Shown here one piece after another: positions 38,650 through 48,257 of a DNA stretch of 64,000 nucleotides (the stretch's first letter is position 1; each line of letters starts with the position of its first letter). Both the position numbers and the translations under genes were made by a program. Under the pieces are notes generated by a model, which did not search any database, was not told the origin of the DNA, and saw only the letters and a program-made list of their open reading frames with translations. Source of the DNA: a virus. Location: positions 4,081 to 68,080 of IMG/VR virus record IMGVR_UViG_3300025012_000079; one strand, 5' to 3'.

Positions 38650-39399
38650 TTAGTTATTAATAAATTTAAAAATCTCTTCTCCAATATTAATGTTTAGTGT
38701 TTCAGTTGTATTAGCCCGCTGACGGGCTTTTTTAAATGCTCGAATAAGTTTGTCGATCTTTTCAAGCAAAATTGATTTTTCTGCTGGTGAAATCATTCCA
38801 GACCAAGAATTGGTTATATACTTACCAATATTGTTTACTTTAGATACTTCTTTTACTTGTGCTGGATGCTCTTTTGTTGCTTCATATAAAACAACTGGTT
38901 CTACGACAGTCTCAGTTCTTAGTTTCTCAATTGGCTTTGCTGCCTTATAGATGTTTTTTCCTATTGATGTATCAAGTTCCCAAGAAATTCCAGGAGCTAA
39001 TGTTGGAATGGCTTCATAAACAGTTCGAAGATATTTTAATCTTGTTTCCATTCCAAGTAAGAATGTTGCTGGTAAGTTAGTACCAAGTGTAATTCCATCT
39101 ACGATCAAATCTGCTTTAGCAACTTGATTTGTAGCTTCTTTCTGGAGAATAGCATCAAAATAACGTACTTCAGTTTTCTGCATATGAGATAATTTATCTT
39201 TTACAGTAGTATCGATTGCTTTTTCTTCTTCTGGATAATCAATACCGTCTTCGATAAATGCTTCATATCGTCGATGCTGTCCCAGGAAGTGATCTGACTT
39301 CTTGGTAAAGGTATTCTTAGTTTCTTCAATAATCTTTTTATGTGCCCCTTCAAGATCACCTTCAACAGCAAGTAACTCATGCAATAATGACTTTTTCAT
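38650..39399 (-). CDS. Conserved helical protein flanked by structured RNAs
   Basis: AGGAG RBS; LHELLAVE, N..AKADL, PAT.LL..E, IPTL.P, LYEAT.EHPAQV, WSG, KKARQRAN. Confidence 0.75.
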   Translation of the reverse strand: MKKSLLHELLAVEGDLEGAHKKIIEETKNTFTKKSDHFLGQHRRYEAFIEDGIDYPEEEKAIDTTVKDKLSHMQKTEVRYFDAILQKEATNQVAKADLIVDGITLGTNLPATFLLGMETRLKYLRTVYEAIPTLAPGISWELDTSIGKNIYKAAKPIEKLRTETVVEPVVLYEATKEHPAQVKEVSKVNNIGKYITNSWSGMISPAEKSILLEKIDKLIRAFKKARQRANTTETLNINIGEEIFKFINN

Positions 39400-39437
39400 T
39401 CTAATCTCCTATACTAAAACTAAGCTGGTATTAAGAA

Positions 39438-39523
39438 GCCGATTCCAACATCGTCATGCTGGCGATACCTGTCAATTCAGGTCGAATGGTGCGCATGGAC
39501 TTGCTATCCAATGCGTTTCCGGC
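39438..39523 (-). ncRNA. Candidate four-way-junction RNA in the leader of the 249-aa gene
   Basis: GCCGG/TCGGC closing stem around three hairpins. Confidence 0.5.
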
Positions 39524-39539
39524 AGTAGAAGTTAAAAAC

Positions 39540-39713
39540 TTTAGTGATGCAGGACTCGAACCTGCATCCACTCGGTTAATACGACTTGTATCTGTGGCAA
39601 AGTCTACTTCCACATAACTACTAACCTCATCTCTTGGCCTTGGCAGTAGCTTGCTGTACCTCTCGATTGTGGCCTAACGTCTCGGGCGTCTACCAGTTTC
39701 GCCACTCACTAAA
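39540..39713 (-). ncRNA. tRNA-like RNA with a long insert replacing anticodon/variable arms
   Basis: TTTAGTGA/TCACTAAA ends; GTGGCGAAACTGGTAGACGC D arm; GCAGG-TTCGAGT-CCTGC T arm; no encoded CCA. Confidence 0.65.
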
Positions 39714-39723
39714 TTAAAACTGA

Positions 39724-40086
39724 TTACCGATTGTTGAACTGGGCCAGAACTGCATCACGAACTTCCGGAGGCAGATTGCCAAGTGCTTCCAAAGCTTTCT
39801 CCTCGGGAGTCTTAGTAATCCGCAGGGTCGGCTTCCAGTCGCTGAAATCCTCGGCTGCGATAGCCTCGTCAGTATTGCTGAACTCGTTATTGTCGTCTTT
39901 CTCTTCCAGCTTACGACGAATAACTGCGCGGAAACTGACCTTCAGCTGGTTCTTTACCATGTTCACGGTAAGATCCTCACCGAGAGCCTGTACCATCTCC
40001 TCGATAGTTCCGAGGTTAAGAACTGCCGGCTCAGTTACAGTAATTTCCCTGCTGGCCTGGTTGCTAACTACTTTGATCATGCTCAT
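39724..40086 (-). CDS. Hypothetical protein, first gene of the RNA operon
   Basis: AGGAG RBS; similar to 52643..53056. Confidence 0.7.
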   Translation of the reverse strand: MSMIKVVSNQASREITVTEPAVLNLGTIEEMVQALGEDLTVNMVKNQLKVSFRAVIRRKLEEKDDNNEFSNTDEAIAAEDFSDWKPTLRITKTPEEKALEALGNLPPEVRDAVLAQFNNR

Positions 40087-40193
40087 TTTTGAATCTCCTA
40101 ATTAGGGGTTTGTAGAATGGGCGATATGCCCGACTTGAAAACGGCTTTTTACGGCCCTTGGTGCTTTCCGGTAAAATCCGGTATTGTTCGGTA

Positions 40194-40222
40194 ACAGTAA
40201 CATAAAGAATCGCCCTTGTCAA
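40194..40222 (-). promoter_or_regulatory. Sigma70-type promoter
   Basis: TTGACA-N17-TACTGT, TGn extension, A-rich upstream. Confidence 0.7.
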
Positions 40223-40640
40223 CAGATTTCTTTATTTTTTTAGCCTTTTTACTATTTCATAAAATCCTTAAACACTTATTCAATCTATAGGTAAAGCTAA
40301 GTTATTTATCCAAACTTGTAATAACATTTCTATTAGAGAATGGTTGCAAAGCTGCTTGGTCAATCGGAGGTGTTGGATACAATTGATCGATGAGAAGTAC
40401 AAATAATCCTATGATTATAAAAGATGTGAGAAAAAGCAAAGTATTTTTTATTGTCTTCATTTTACCCTCCAAATATGTAATCTAGCTATTCGCATTATTT
40501 TTATATCATTTTCGTAAGAGCTTTTACTTTTTCGTGTAAAAAAAGAATTAATGTTACACAAGCGAGTAAGAATAGCATGAAGTATTCGAGTAATCTTTCG
40601 CACATTGATACCTCCGTTAGTTTAGCTGCTTATTGAATTA

Positions 40641-40838
40641 TCAAGTACGAGTATTCCATTTCTTAAGCATTACAGTACGAAACTGCTCAATTGTATCATC
40701 ATCTTCTTCACACTCAAAATGCATATTGCAATTACGACAATGAATATGATCACAGGTATGTGGTTCCCATCCTTCCCAGCCATCACCGCACCATTGAACA
40801 TCTGCTCCACAGAATGGACATGGCTTTAGATCATTCAT
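40641..40838 (-). CDS. Lar-family (restriction alleviation-like) zinc-ribbon protein
   Basis: LKPCPFCG..C..C..WNTR. Confidence 0.7.
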   Translation of the reverse strand: MNDLKPCPFCGADVQWCGDGWEGWEPHTCDHIHCRNCNMHFECEEDDDTIEQFRTVMLKKWNTRT

Positions 40839-40841
40839 AGT

Positions 40842-41105
40842 TTATTTATCCTTATTAACTTTTTGTACAACTTCATCAAGTGCTTTCGTCTCATTAGTAA
40901 CATCAATCAACATGTAGGATTTTCCTCCTTGAACTACTTTACAAATGCCTAAAGCATCAACAGTTACGACAGGCACGAGGTTTGCTCTTTCTTTCAGTTC
41001 GGCTATCATCTTATTCTTTTCTAAATCAGCCTTAGCTACAAAGAATATTATAACAGCCCAAAAAAGGATCTTAATAGTCAAATCTATTATTTTATCTTTA
41101 TGCAT
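40842..41105 (-). CDS. Small membrane-anchored protein
   Basis: N-terminal TM helix. Confidence 0.5.
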   Translation of the reverse strand: MHKDKIIDLTIKILFWAVIIFFVAKADLEKNKMIAELKERANLVPVVTVDALGICKVVQGGKSYMLIDVTNETKALDEVVQKVNKDK

Positions 41106-41106
41106 A

Positions 41107-41391
41107 TTAATCTAATCCCTTATCTGTGGGTAGTACTTCCTTAATGATCGGATCAATGATTTGAAGACTACCAACAAGCTCAGCAAGTTTTTTAGATATG
41201 CTAGAAATAGTATCGGCTTTAGAGGCTAAAGTATAAAGTTGATCATACATCTCAGACACTTTAATGAGTTGGCCTACTTTTAACTTTGCTGTTGAATCAG
41301 CAAATTCTGAATAATAACCAGTTAAATTAGAAAGTTCTTTTCTTGATGCCTCTAGTATAAAACCATTTTCTGTTTTACCTATAATTCTCAT
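41107..41391 (-). CDS. Hypothetical protein
   Basis: AAGGAG RBS. Confidence 0.55.
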   Translation of the reverse strand: MRIIGKTENGFILEASRKELSNLTGYYSEFADSTAKLKVGQLIKVSEMYDQLYTLASKADTISSISKKLAELVGSLQIIDPIIKEVLPTDKGLD

Positions 41392-41964
41392 TTTATAAGT
41401 TCTCCTTTTAATTTAGGTTATTTGTTATCTAAGTTAATTAACTCAGCTTTATAACATTGAGCATTTATATAAACTCCGCCTAAAGCATTACATTTAGATA
41501 TTCTTTTATCTGTATAAAAGATACTAAAAATTACTAATACAATTAAGAAAATCATTGTAGCTGTCAACAACTTTTCCATAGCTTATTTCTCTAAGTTATT
41601 TGTTAATAATTAATATTCTTCTATTAGTATCTGTAACAAAATAAATCAGTTCGTTTGGCCGCTTGTTGATGGCATGTTTATGATTCCAGGCATAAAAAGT
41701 TTCGCCGCGAGAAGTCTGGTAAAGGTTCATTCCGAGGAGTTCTGGCAAGAATTTGCGCTTTATCACCTTTTAAGCCTCCTTCTCAGTTAGAATAAATATT
41801 GATTCATAGAAAGCATGAATTGCCATTGCTATCTCAATAGTGCTTTTACCTTTCATTAGGTCAAGCATAACAGATATGCAGATTTCACAAGATAAGCCTT
41901 CTCGATATAGTGTAATTATTTTCTTGAGTTGTCGTTTGTTCATAGGTTAGGCTCCTTAATTGTT

Positions 41965-42261
41965 TTAGCTAAGCTGGCGAATAAGCTGCTGTCGTGCAAC
42001 TTTCAGTATTTCGCCCTTCTTTTCTTCCGAGAGTTTCCAGTAATAATAATCATCAGCATGACAGATGGTTGTCCACCAACCAGTTTGAAGGTAATTGTTA
42101 GTAAATTGGCAATACCTGCCACTATATTCTAAGGCATGATAAAACGAAACATAGGTATAACCAACAGGCCAGCCTCCTGTATTATCAATTGCTTGCATGA
42201 AATCTTCCATTTTCATGCCTGGATGTGTGTGAATCAACTCTATTCGAATTAAATTTTTCAT
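41965..42261 (-). CDS. Hypothetical protein
   Basis: GGAGG RBS. Confidence 0.5.
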   Translation of the reverse strand: MKNLIRIELIHTHPGMKMEDFMQAIDNTGGWPVGYTYVSFYHALEYSGRYCQFTNNYLQTGWWTTICHADDYYYWKLSEEKKGEILKVARQQLIRQLS

Positions 42262-42262
42262 A

Positions 42263-43813
42263 TTAATGACCCTCCTTAAACCCTAATTCAAGTATATTTG
42301 GAATATCTTCATCAAAATTAGAATTAATATTACGTTCAGTCATTTGATCTACTTGCCATTGTTCATAAGCAACCTTTCGAGCCTTATCAAAAGTGTGAGG
42401 CCAACAAGCTTCACATTTGCTCACATCGAGTTGATGCAATGCTCGACTGGCAGCTACATATAATATGTTGGTTTCTTCAGTTGTTGGATTCCCCTGATCA
42501 GACGGAATTTTGAAATCATTTGCCAGCCTCACTCTAGACCATTCTAAACCTTTTGCTTTATGTGCAGTAGTTATAGTTACATCGGCTTCGTTTGGATCTT
42601 CTACAGTTGATTCAAGAATAGATAGTAAGCGCTCCCTGCCATAGAGTTCGATTAATTTGAGGATAGGCTTAATATCCCCGCCCATCGGAGAATTGGCATA
42701 TTCAACAAGATCAACAAAGTTCTTAAAAAGGAATAGGTCTGGATGATTTGAATATCCCTGGAGCTTGAGCTGAATTATAGAGTTGATAAGGTATGTAAGT
42801 TGTTGCGTTCCTCCAAGGATGTGGACTGATAGATTTTTTCCAAGAGCTTCGATTGTTTCTGCAATAATTCCTTTGTTTGTCCTGCATAGGATGGCATCCA
42901 CAGCTGGAAGTGGCTCGTAATGAATTGAAGAAGTAACATCATCGTTGCCGTGAAATGGAACATAGTCAAATTGATATGGATAGTAGCCAGTAATTATGGT
43001 GTTTGCCATACTTGCGATGTTTTCCCCAAAACGGAAACTTCTAGTAATGTAGAGCTTTGCCAGATTGTCATCCTGGAGTGCATTAACGGCTCCACGCCAA
43101 CTGTAGATTTGCTGGAAACAGTCGCCAACAAATATTTTCTGGCAACTTTGATTCTTGATAACTTGTGCAATAACTGGGTTGCTGTCTTGATATTCGTCAA
43201 AGAAGATAAAATCTTTGTTAATTATTGGATTTGTGAGTGCCCAGATTTTCAAATACACATCATGGGTGATTGGCATAGGCTTATTAACATTTGCCATTTC
43301 GTTAAATACAAGATTTGCGTGTTGCACAAGATCCTCACGCATAATATCTAGGTCGGCATCCTGAAGAATTGTTAATCTGGGCAAATGTTTGTACTGAATA
43401 ACTTCGTCGCTGGAATAGCAATATTTGCGAATCGTATTGAGAATGAGATAACCCTTGTTGGCTGGACTATTATAAAGTTGCCATTCACCGATATCGAAAG
43501 TATCCGCTAGTTGTTTACCTGTCAATTTGCTAAGCTTCTTCTTGTATTTGTAGCCGACTGCTCCATAGGCAAGCGCATGGCCAGTTTTGCACATTATGTT
43601 GCTGGAAAACTTGGTTGCAGCTTCTTGAGCGAGAAGCTTGTTGAATGAAATGGACAAGCCATATCCTGACATTTTGCGAGCCATTGCAAGCAACAAGAAG
43701 GTTTTGCCACTTCCAGGAGGAGCCTGGATAGCATAATTGTTTCCGTCAAGAATTGTGTTGACATGTGCTTCTTGTTCGGTGGTAAGAGTTTTACCTTTGT
43801 ATTTCATTACCAT
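42263..43813 (-). CDS. UvrD/Rep-like superfamily 1 helicase
   Basis: APPGSGKT, DEYQD, VGD..QQIYSWRGA, RSFRFG, LCRTN, TAHKAKGLEW, YVAASRA. Confidence 0.92.
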   Translation of the reverse strand: MVMKYKGKTLTTEQEAHVNTILDGNNYAIQAPPGSGKTFLLLAMARKMSGYGLSISFNKLLAQEAATKFSSNIMCKTGHALAYGAVGYKYKKKLSKLTGKQLADTFDIGEWQLYNSPANKGYLILNTIRKYCYSSDEVIQYKHLPRLTILQDADLDIMREDLVQHANLVFNEMANVNKPMPITHDVYLKIWALTNPIINKDFIFFDEYQDSNPVIAQVIKNQSCQKIFVGDCFQQIYSWRGAVNALQDDNLAKLYITRSFRFGENIASMANTIITGYYPYQFDYVPFHGNDDVTSSIHYEPLPAVDAILCRTNKGIIAETIEALGKNLSVHILGGTQQLTYLINSIIQLKLQGYSNHPDLFLFKNFVDLVEYANSPMGGDIKPILKLIELYGRERLLSILESTVEDPNEADVTITTAHKAKGLEWSRVRLANDFKIPSDQGNPTTEETNILYVAASRALHQLDVSKCEACWPHTFDKARKVAYEQWQVDQMTERNINSNFDEDIPNILELGFKEGH

Positions 43814-43823
43814 AGCGTTACCT

Positions 43824-44039
43824 TTATATTTTATGGAGCTGTATTCCTAAAGAAGCACAATAAGACATTAACTGTATAACAGCTAATTCTTTAGCTCTCT
43901 TATGCTGGCATTCTTCCTCAGTCATGTTAGCTATTCTTTCTCGCTCTTTTTGAATACGATTTTCACGTTCAATGATAGTCTTTTCAATTGCAACTGCTTT
44001 TCGATGATCAAAAGTTCCACGTCGTTTAGCTTGCCCCAT
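43824..44039 (-). CDS. Hypothetical protein
   Basis: MGQAKRRGT start; TAATG coupling. Confidence 0.55.
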   Translation of the reverse strand: MGQAKRRGTFDHRKAVAIEKTIIERENRIQKERERIANMTEEECQHKRAKELAVIQLMSYCASLGIQLHKI

Positions 44040-44278
44040 TAAATATCTCCGTAGTCATAATAATCTGGTTCATCCATCTCAGCATCCGGCACATCTACCT
44101 CGCAGCAATCCGTTACAGGTGAGCCATAATCAGATGGATAGTGAATGCCTGCTTGGCCAGCTGTGCAATGAGTGCCAGAATAGCTAAATGAGTCGTCTAA
44201 GGCAATTATGCGACAGGGCTGATGGCAAGCTGGGCAAAGAAAGTTAGTTGGTGTCTTATAATGTGGAAGGTTTTTCAT
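44039..44278 (-). CDS. Cys-rich hypothetical protein
   Basis: Packed ORF. Confidence 0.5.
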   Translation of the reverse strand: MKNLPHYKTPTNFLCPACHQPCRIIALDDSFSYSGTHCTAGQAGIHYPSDYGSPVTDCCEVDVPDAEMDEPDYYDYGDI

Positions 44279-44283
44279 GGTGA

Positions 44284-44559
44284 TTATTTATTACTTAACC
44301 AGTTGTTAAACTTCTTTTCACTTCCCCAACAGGGACTTGGTGCTTCATTATATAAGAAGCCTATGTAAGCTGGCAGATTTTGAATGTTTTCGTCATCTGC
44401 ATGTTCAATAGCACCACGAAGATCATTTTTAAGAACTGCTGAGAGAAAACCTCCTGGTTTAATGTGTCCTTCAATGTAACGCTCCAATCCATGCATCATA
44501 CGTTCAGGGATGTAAAAAGTACGAAAAGAATATTGTTCATTCTTAGTGAAGTCCCACAT
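44284..44559 (-). CDS. Small phage protein
   Basis: PGGFLSAVLKNDL..AD..N, CWGS. Confidence 0.6.
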   Translation of the reverse strand: MWDFTKNEQYSFRTFYIPERMMHGLERYIEGHIKPGGFLSAVLKNDLRGAIEHADDENIQNLPAYIGFLYNEAPSPCWGSEKKFNNWLSNK

Positions 44560-44573
44560 AATAGTGCCCCTTT

Positions 44574-44762
44574 TTACATTAGATCGGTTAAATAATCTGG
44601 CTCTAGGCCAAAGTATTCTTCACATATATTTTCAGCGGATTCAAGAGCATTAAAAGCTATGTATTCTTGCAAGGCTTCCCTGGCTTGCTTGATTATGCCT
44701 TGTGCTTCAAGTGAAGAGATGCCATCACGTCGCATTAGAACTTCTTTAATAGATTCGCACAT
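44574..44762 (-). CDS. Small phage protein
   Basis: GGAGG RBS; LMRRDG..FGLEPDY. Confidence 0.6.
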   Translation of the reverse strand: MCESIKEVLMRRDGISSLEAQGIIKQAREALQEYIAFNALESAENICEEYFGLEPDYLTDLM

Positions 44763-44894
44763 AACAACCTCCGTTAGTATTGAACTACTGGTTCTTGTTA
44801 TGAGATGGTGTGTTGATAATCCATTTCTCCTGCAATACCAAATAAGACTAAGATTATAATGTATGCAAGGAGTTTGAATATTAATTTCATTGAT

Positions 44895-45155
44895 TTACTC
44901 CAGATCAGTTAAATGCATTCTCCTGGTTACTTTGGTTTGGCTGAATTTCTGCCTTACAAAGTCTATAGATTCTTGACTTGGTGGAGATTTTGGATCTTGG
45001 CAAAGATAAATAATTCCGTAGTAAAAAGTAAGTTTGATAAGCTGACTAGTTGTTGTTAATTCAGCTGGATCAATGCCTTTAGCCAGTAGGCCGTCACGTG
45101 CTTTGGCAAGGTCTTCAATAGTCATGCGAGTTGAAACTACGCGGGCTTTACTCAT
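44895..45155 (-). CDS. RHH-like protein (paralog family)
   Basis: VVSTRM..DLAKA..SQLIK. Confidence 0.5.
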   Translation of the reverse strand: MSKARVVSTRMTIEDLAKARDGLLAKGIDPAELTTTSQLIKLTFYYGIIYLCQDPKSPPSQESIDFVRQKFSQTKVTRRMHLTDLE

Positions 45156-45182
45156 GGGTGGGTTCCTTTAATTGATTGATTG

Positions 45183-45491
45183 TTAGTATTTACCAAAAGA
45201 ACATAGATTCCAGTGCTGTTCTAAATCTTGTTTATATTCTTCAGTGCTTATCCAACTCCTAGCCTCTTCTTCTGTTTCAAATACTCGATTAAGATTGTTT
45301 ACATAGGATTCATTTTCATATTCAATACCAATATCAGACAAGTACCAGTCATAAGTGAAATCTGTTCTGAAATTATGTACTGTAGCTTTAGGTATCATTA
45401 TAGCTTCAAATTGTATTGCTGATATTGAACCAACACATACTGCATAATATGTTTTACAAATAACAATGTTGTTTACGTGTATTCTTTTCAT
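45183..45491 (-). CDS. Hypothetical protein (AT-rich)
   Basis: GAGGT RBS before MKRIH. Confidence 0.5.
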   Translation of the reverse strand: MKRIHVNNIVICKTYYAVCVGSISAIQFEAIMIPKATVHNFRTDFTYDWYLSDIGIEYENESYVNNLNRVFETEEEARSWISTEEYKQDLEQHWNLCSFGKY

Positions 45492-45492
45492 A

Positions 45493-45774
45493 TTATACCT
45501 CTTGATGAGTGACTTTTTCCTCATCTGCTAAGGATGCCAGGTTGATTTCTTTCTTTTTTGGATTGATGATAAAGATCTGGATTTCTTGCATAATGTCTTG
45601 GTCAACTTCATCTGTTTGACCAATGGTCATTTTTGCCAGGTAATCTGTGTAGAGGATCTTAACCAGTTGGCTAAGGCTTGTAAGTTGGAAGTTCGGCTCC
45701 AGGCTGCGAACAATCTGAAGGCCACGAGCAAGCTGATGGTTAGTGAGACGAAATGTTATGATTGGACTGCTCAT
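45493..45774 (-). CDS. RHH-like protein (paralog family)
   Basis: MSSPIITFRL..QLAR..LEP..SLSQ. Confidence 0.55.
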   Translation of the reverse strand: MSSPIITFRLTNHQLARGLQIVRSLEPNFQLTSLSQLVKILYTDYLAKMTIGQTDEVDQDIMQEIQIFIINPKKKEINLASLADEEKVTHQEV

Positions 45775-45776
45775 GA

Positions 45777-46223
45777 TTAATTACCAATAGTTTGAGTTGC
45801 TTTAAAGGTTTGGATGATAGCTTGTTGTTGTTCTTTACTTAGGGTTGAAAGAATCTGCTGGCAAAGCAGTTCAATATTGACTGGTTCACTGGTTTTTGGC
45901 ACCCTAATTTTGGTTGATTCCTTCATTTTGATTGCATGTTTATTCATGTTGAGATTGTAATCTATGGCCTGGTAAATGCTGGCTACTTCTTTCCAGGCTT
46001 CATAAGCTTTATGGTATGTGGCCTGAGTAGTTTCTTTTTCCTTATTCAGGGGGATGAGTTTAGCTTTGGTAGATTCTAACAATGCGGATAGTTCTTTCTG
46101 GTAGCAAGTCTTGCAAAGATGTTCGGACAGTCCAATCTTGCTAATGTTATGAATTTCTTTTTCTGTTAAGTTGAAGCCGATTGCTTCATTGAGAGTGTTG
46201 CAAACTGGACAGAGTTTTTTCAT
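45777..46223 (-). CDS. Zinc-finger/coiled-coil protein
   Basis: CPVC..CKTC; AAGGAG RBS. Confidence 0.6.
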   Translation of the reverse strand: MKKLCPVCNTLNEAIGFNLTEKEIHNISKIGLSEHLCKTCYQKELSALLESTKAKLIPLNKEKETTQATYHKAYEAWKEVASIYQAIDYNLNMNKHAIKMKESTKIRVPKTSEPVNIELLCQQILSTLSKEQQQAIIQTFKATQTIGN

Positions 46224-46234
46224 ATTTAAGCTCC

Positions 46235-46558
46235 TTAAAATGGACAGCCTTCGAAATCTCCAAGACCTCTTTGTTTATATAATATTATTCCAGTAGTTTT
46301 TATTTCTTTAATAATCTCAAAGATTTCATCTAAGCTCTCTGCAAAACCTAAGCAACAAGCACCTTCAGTTTTTTCTTCTTCATTTAAGGGAGCAAATTTA
46401 TATCCATTATTTGTAACTAATGAAAAGCTCCAGTAAGATATTATATTTTTATCTAAGTCTATTTTCTTAATATATGCTGGCATTGTATCACCATTTCTAA
46501 ATACATAGATAAACTCGTGACCTTGGAAAGACATAATATCTTCTGCTGTCATTGTCAT
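46235..46558 (-). CDS. Hypothetical protein (AT-rich)
   Basis: GGAGG RBS, TAATG coupling. Confidence 0.55.
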   Translation of the reverse strand: MTMTAEDIMSFQGHEFIYVFRNGDTMPAYIKKIDLDKNIISYWSFSLVTNNGYKFAPLNEEEKTEGACCLGFAESLDEIFEIIKEIKTTGIILYKQRGLGDFEGCPF

Positions 46559-46794
46559 TATGACCTCCGTAAGACTGCAAATATTTCATTACTGTGGGAT
46601 TGCTTAGTCAGGGTTTGTTTCTGAAATTTCAAGGTGTTGCCAGCTTTGAGCCAGTTAATCAGTTCAAAGTATGTCACATTGGCAAGATACTTCCATCCCA
46701 TATGGGTTCCAAATCTGTTGTAGAAACGAATCGTTTTGCCTTTCATAATTGTAACATGGCCTCCTAAGTGTGAATTTATGTAATGGGCGTTCAC
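46558..46794 (-). CDS. Hypothetical protein
   Basis: Packed ORF; start uncertain. Confidence 0.45.
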   Translation of the reverse strand: MNAHYINSHLGGHVTIMKGKTIRFYNRFGTHMGWKYLANVTYFELINWLKAGNTLKFQKQTLTKQSHSNEIFAVLRRS

Positions 46795-46809
46795 AGATGA
46801 ACAGCGAAA

Positions 46810-47370
46810 CTAAACATTTGGTAATATGACAGGGTCAGAAATTTTTTTTATTTTCTTCATTTTGTAGTGATAACAATCATTTGGAAGATATTCAGTTTCT
46901 ATTTCAACAAATTTTAATAACTTGTTATTAAGTATACAAGGACTACAAGTTATATCTGATGCAACTGGTGCAGGGATATGCTTTTCAGGTGTGAATTTGT
47001 ATGCTTCTTTCCATGAAGCAATTGAAAGTTCGTGAAGCTTACTATCAATACTATCTTTCCAACAACTGTCATGATTACTTGCATTTGTAAAGTTTTCTAC
47101 AATTAGAGCATTTATTTCAGAACTCCATCTAAAAGTATTATCTATTGAAATAAATACTTTATGTGGTTTAACTACAATAATATGAACATTATTTCGATCA
47201 CTATTTTTCCATTTTTCATGGTAAGTATTTCCATTCTTTTCATATCCATGCTGATTGCATGATATTTCTATTTTAAAATAAATACCTTGGTTATTTTTCA
47301 TATTACGATTATCTATTACCAATTGTTGAGCTAAACAATAAATCCAATTATAAGTTGCTCGATTTTCCAT
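46810..47370 (-). CDS. Hypothetical protein (AT-rich)
   Basis: AAGGAG RBS, 186 aa. Confidence 0.6.
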   Translation of the reverse strand: MENRATYNWIYCLAQQLVIDNRNMKNNQGIYFKIEISCNQHGYEKNGNTYHEKWKNSDRNNVHIIVVKPHKVFISIDNTFRWSSEINALIVENFTNASNHDSCWKDSIDSKLHELSIASWKEAYKFTPEKHIPAPVASDITCSPCILNNKLLKFVEIETEYLPNDCYHYKMKKIKKISDPVILPNV

Positions 47371-47555
47371 TTTATAATCTCCTTACTGAATGTTGATCTT
47401 AATCTCTATGTCATCAGCAAGCACTATGCCCATATTAATTGCTGCATAAACTTCATCTTCGCCGAACAGAATAATTGCAATCAATAAGAAATCATGCTTG
47501 AATGGATCAGTTATAAGCCAGTCGATGATGTTCATGTTTGCTTCTTGGTTGAATA

Positions 47556-47768
47556 TTACATTTTGGATGGATGAACTTGCAGAGCCTCAACAATTGGCTG
47601 GAATACTTCCTTTGCTTCGTTAATTCCAAAGAAGACTAGCAAAGCAACTGTAGCTATTGCACCAATTGCCCAAAGAATTCCCAGACAAATAGACTCAGTA
47701 TGCATGGCTTCAAGAGGTGTGAAATGGTTCTTATTGCTACTTGGATTAGATTTCATGTCTGTCTCCAT
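47556..47768 (-). CDS. Small membrane protein
   Basis: One TM helix. Confidence 0.45.
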   Translation of the reverse strand: METDMKSNPSSNKNHFTPLEAMHTESICLGILWAIGAIATVALLVFFGINEAKEVFQPIVEALQVHPSKM

Positions 47769-47849
47769 TGTTGAGGTTATTAAATTGACTAACTCATAAC
47801 CAGGTCAAAACATTAAAATTGCAAGGGCTTTGACCTGGTGATTAGGTAG

Positions 47850-48242
47850 TTAATTTAAAGAAGAAAGCTCTTTTTCAAGATCTTCCAAAGATTTGCCTTT
47901 ATCAATATCTCCTTTCTTTTCAGTGATTAAAGACTTCAAATATTGCTTTCTCTGAATAAGGGCAAGCTCATTTTCCCTGGATTCAATTTCTGCTTGCTTA
48001 GTAGTAATAATATCTTTTACCAATTCAAGCTTTTCACGCAAAACATTGGTAACATTATTACTGGTGGAAACGAAATCCTCTTCACCTGCATCTTTGATTT
48101 GTTTGTTAATACTTTTTGCAACATCATTAAGATTTGCTCTGCGTGAAGTGAGAGGAAGATCAAATAAATCTTCAACCATAACTGAACCTTGAATAGTCTC
48201 AAAACGCCACTTTTCAATTGCTGCTTTCTTGTACAGTTCCAT
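47850..48242 (-). CDS. Phage coiled-coil protein
   Basis: AAGGAG RBS; RF....G...VEDLFDLPL. Confidence 0.7.
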   Translation of the reverse strand: MELYKKAAIEKWRFETIQGSVMVEDLFDLPLTSRRANLNDVAKSINKQIKDAGEEDFVSTSNNVTNVLREKLELVKDIITTKQAEIESRENELALIQRKQYLKSLITEKKGDIDKGKSLEDLEKELSSLN

Positions 48243-48257
48243 AATGTTCTCCTTGTA

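Noticed and set aside
39431-39613. 60-aa ORF in the RNA operon
   Set aside because: It runs across the T arm and the junction RNA and has no convincing RBS
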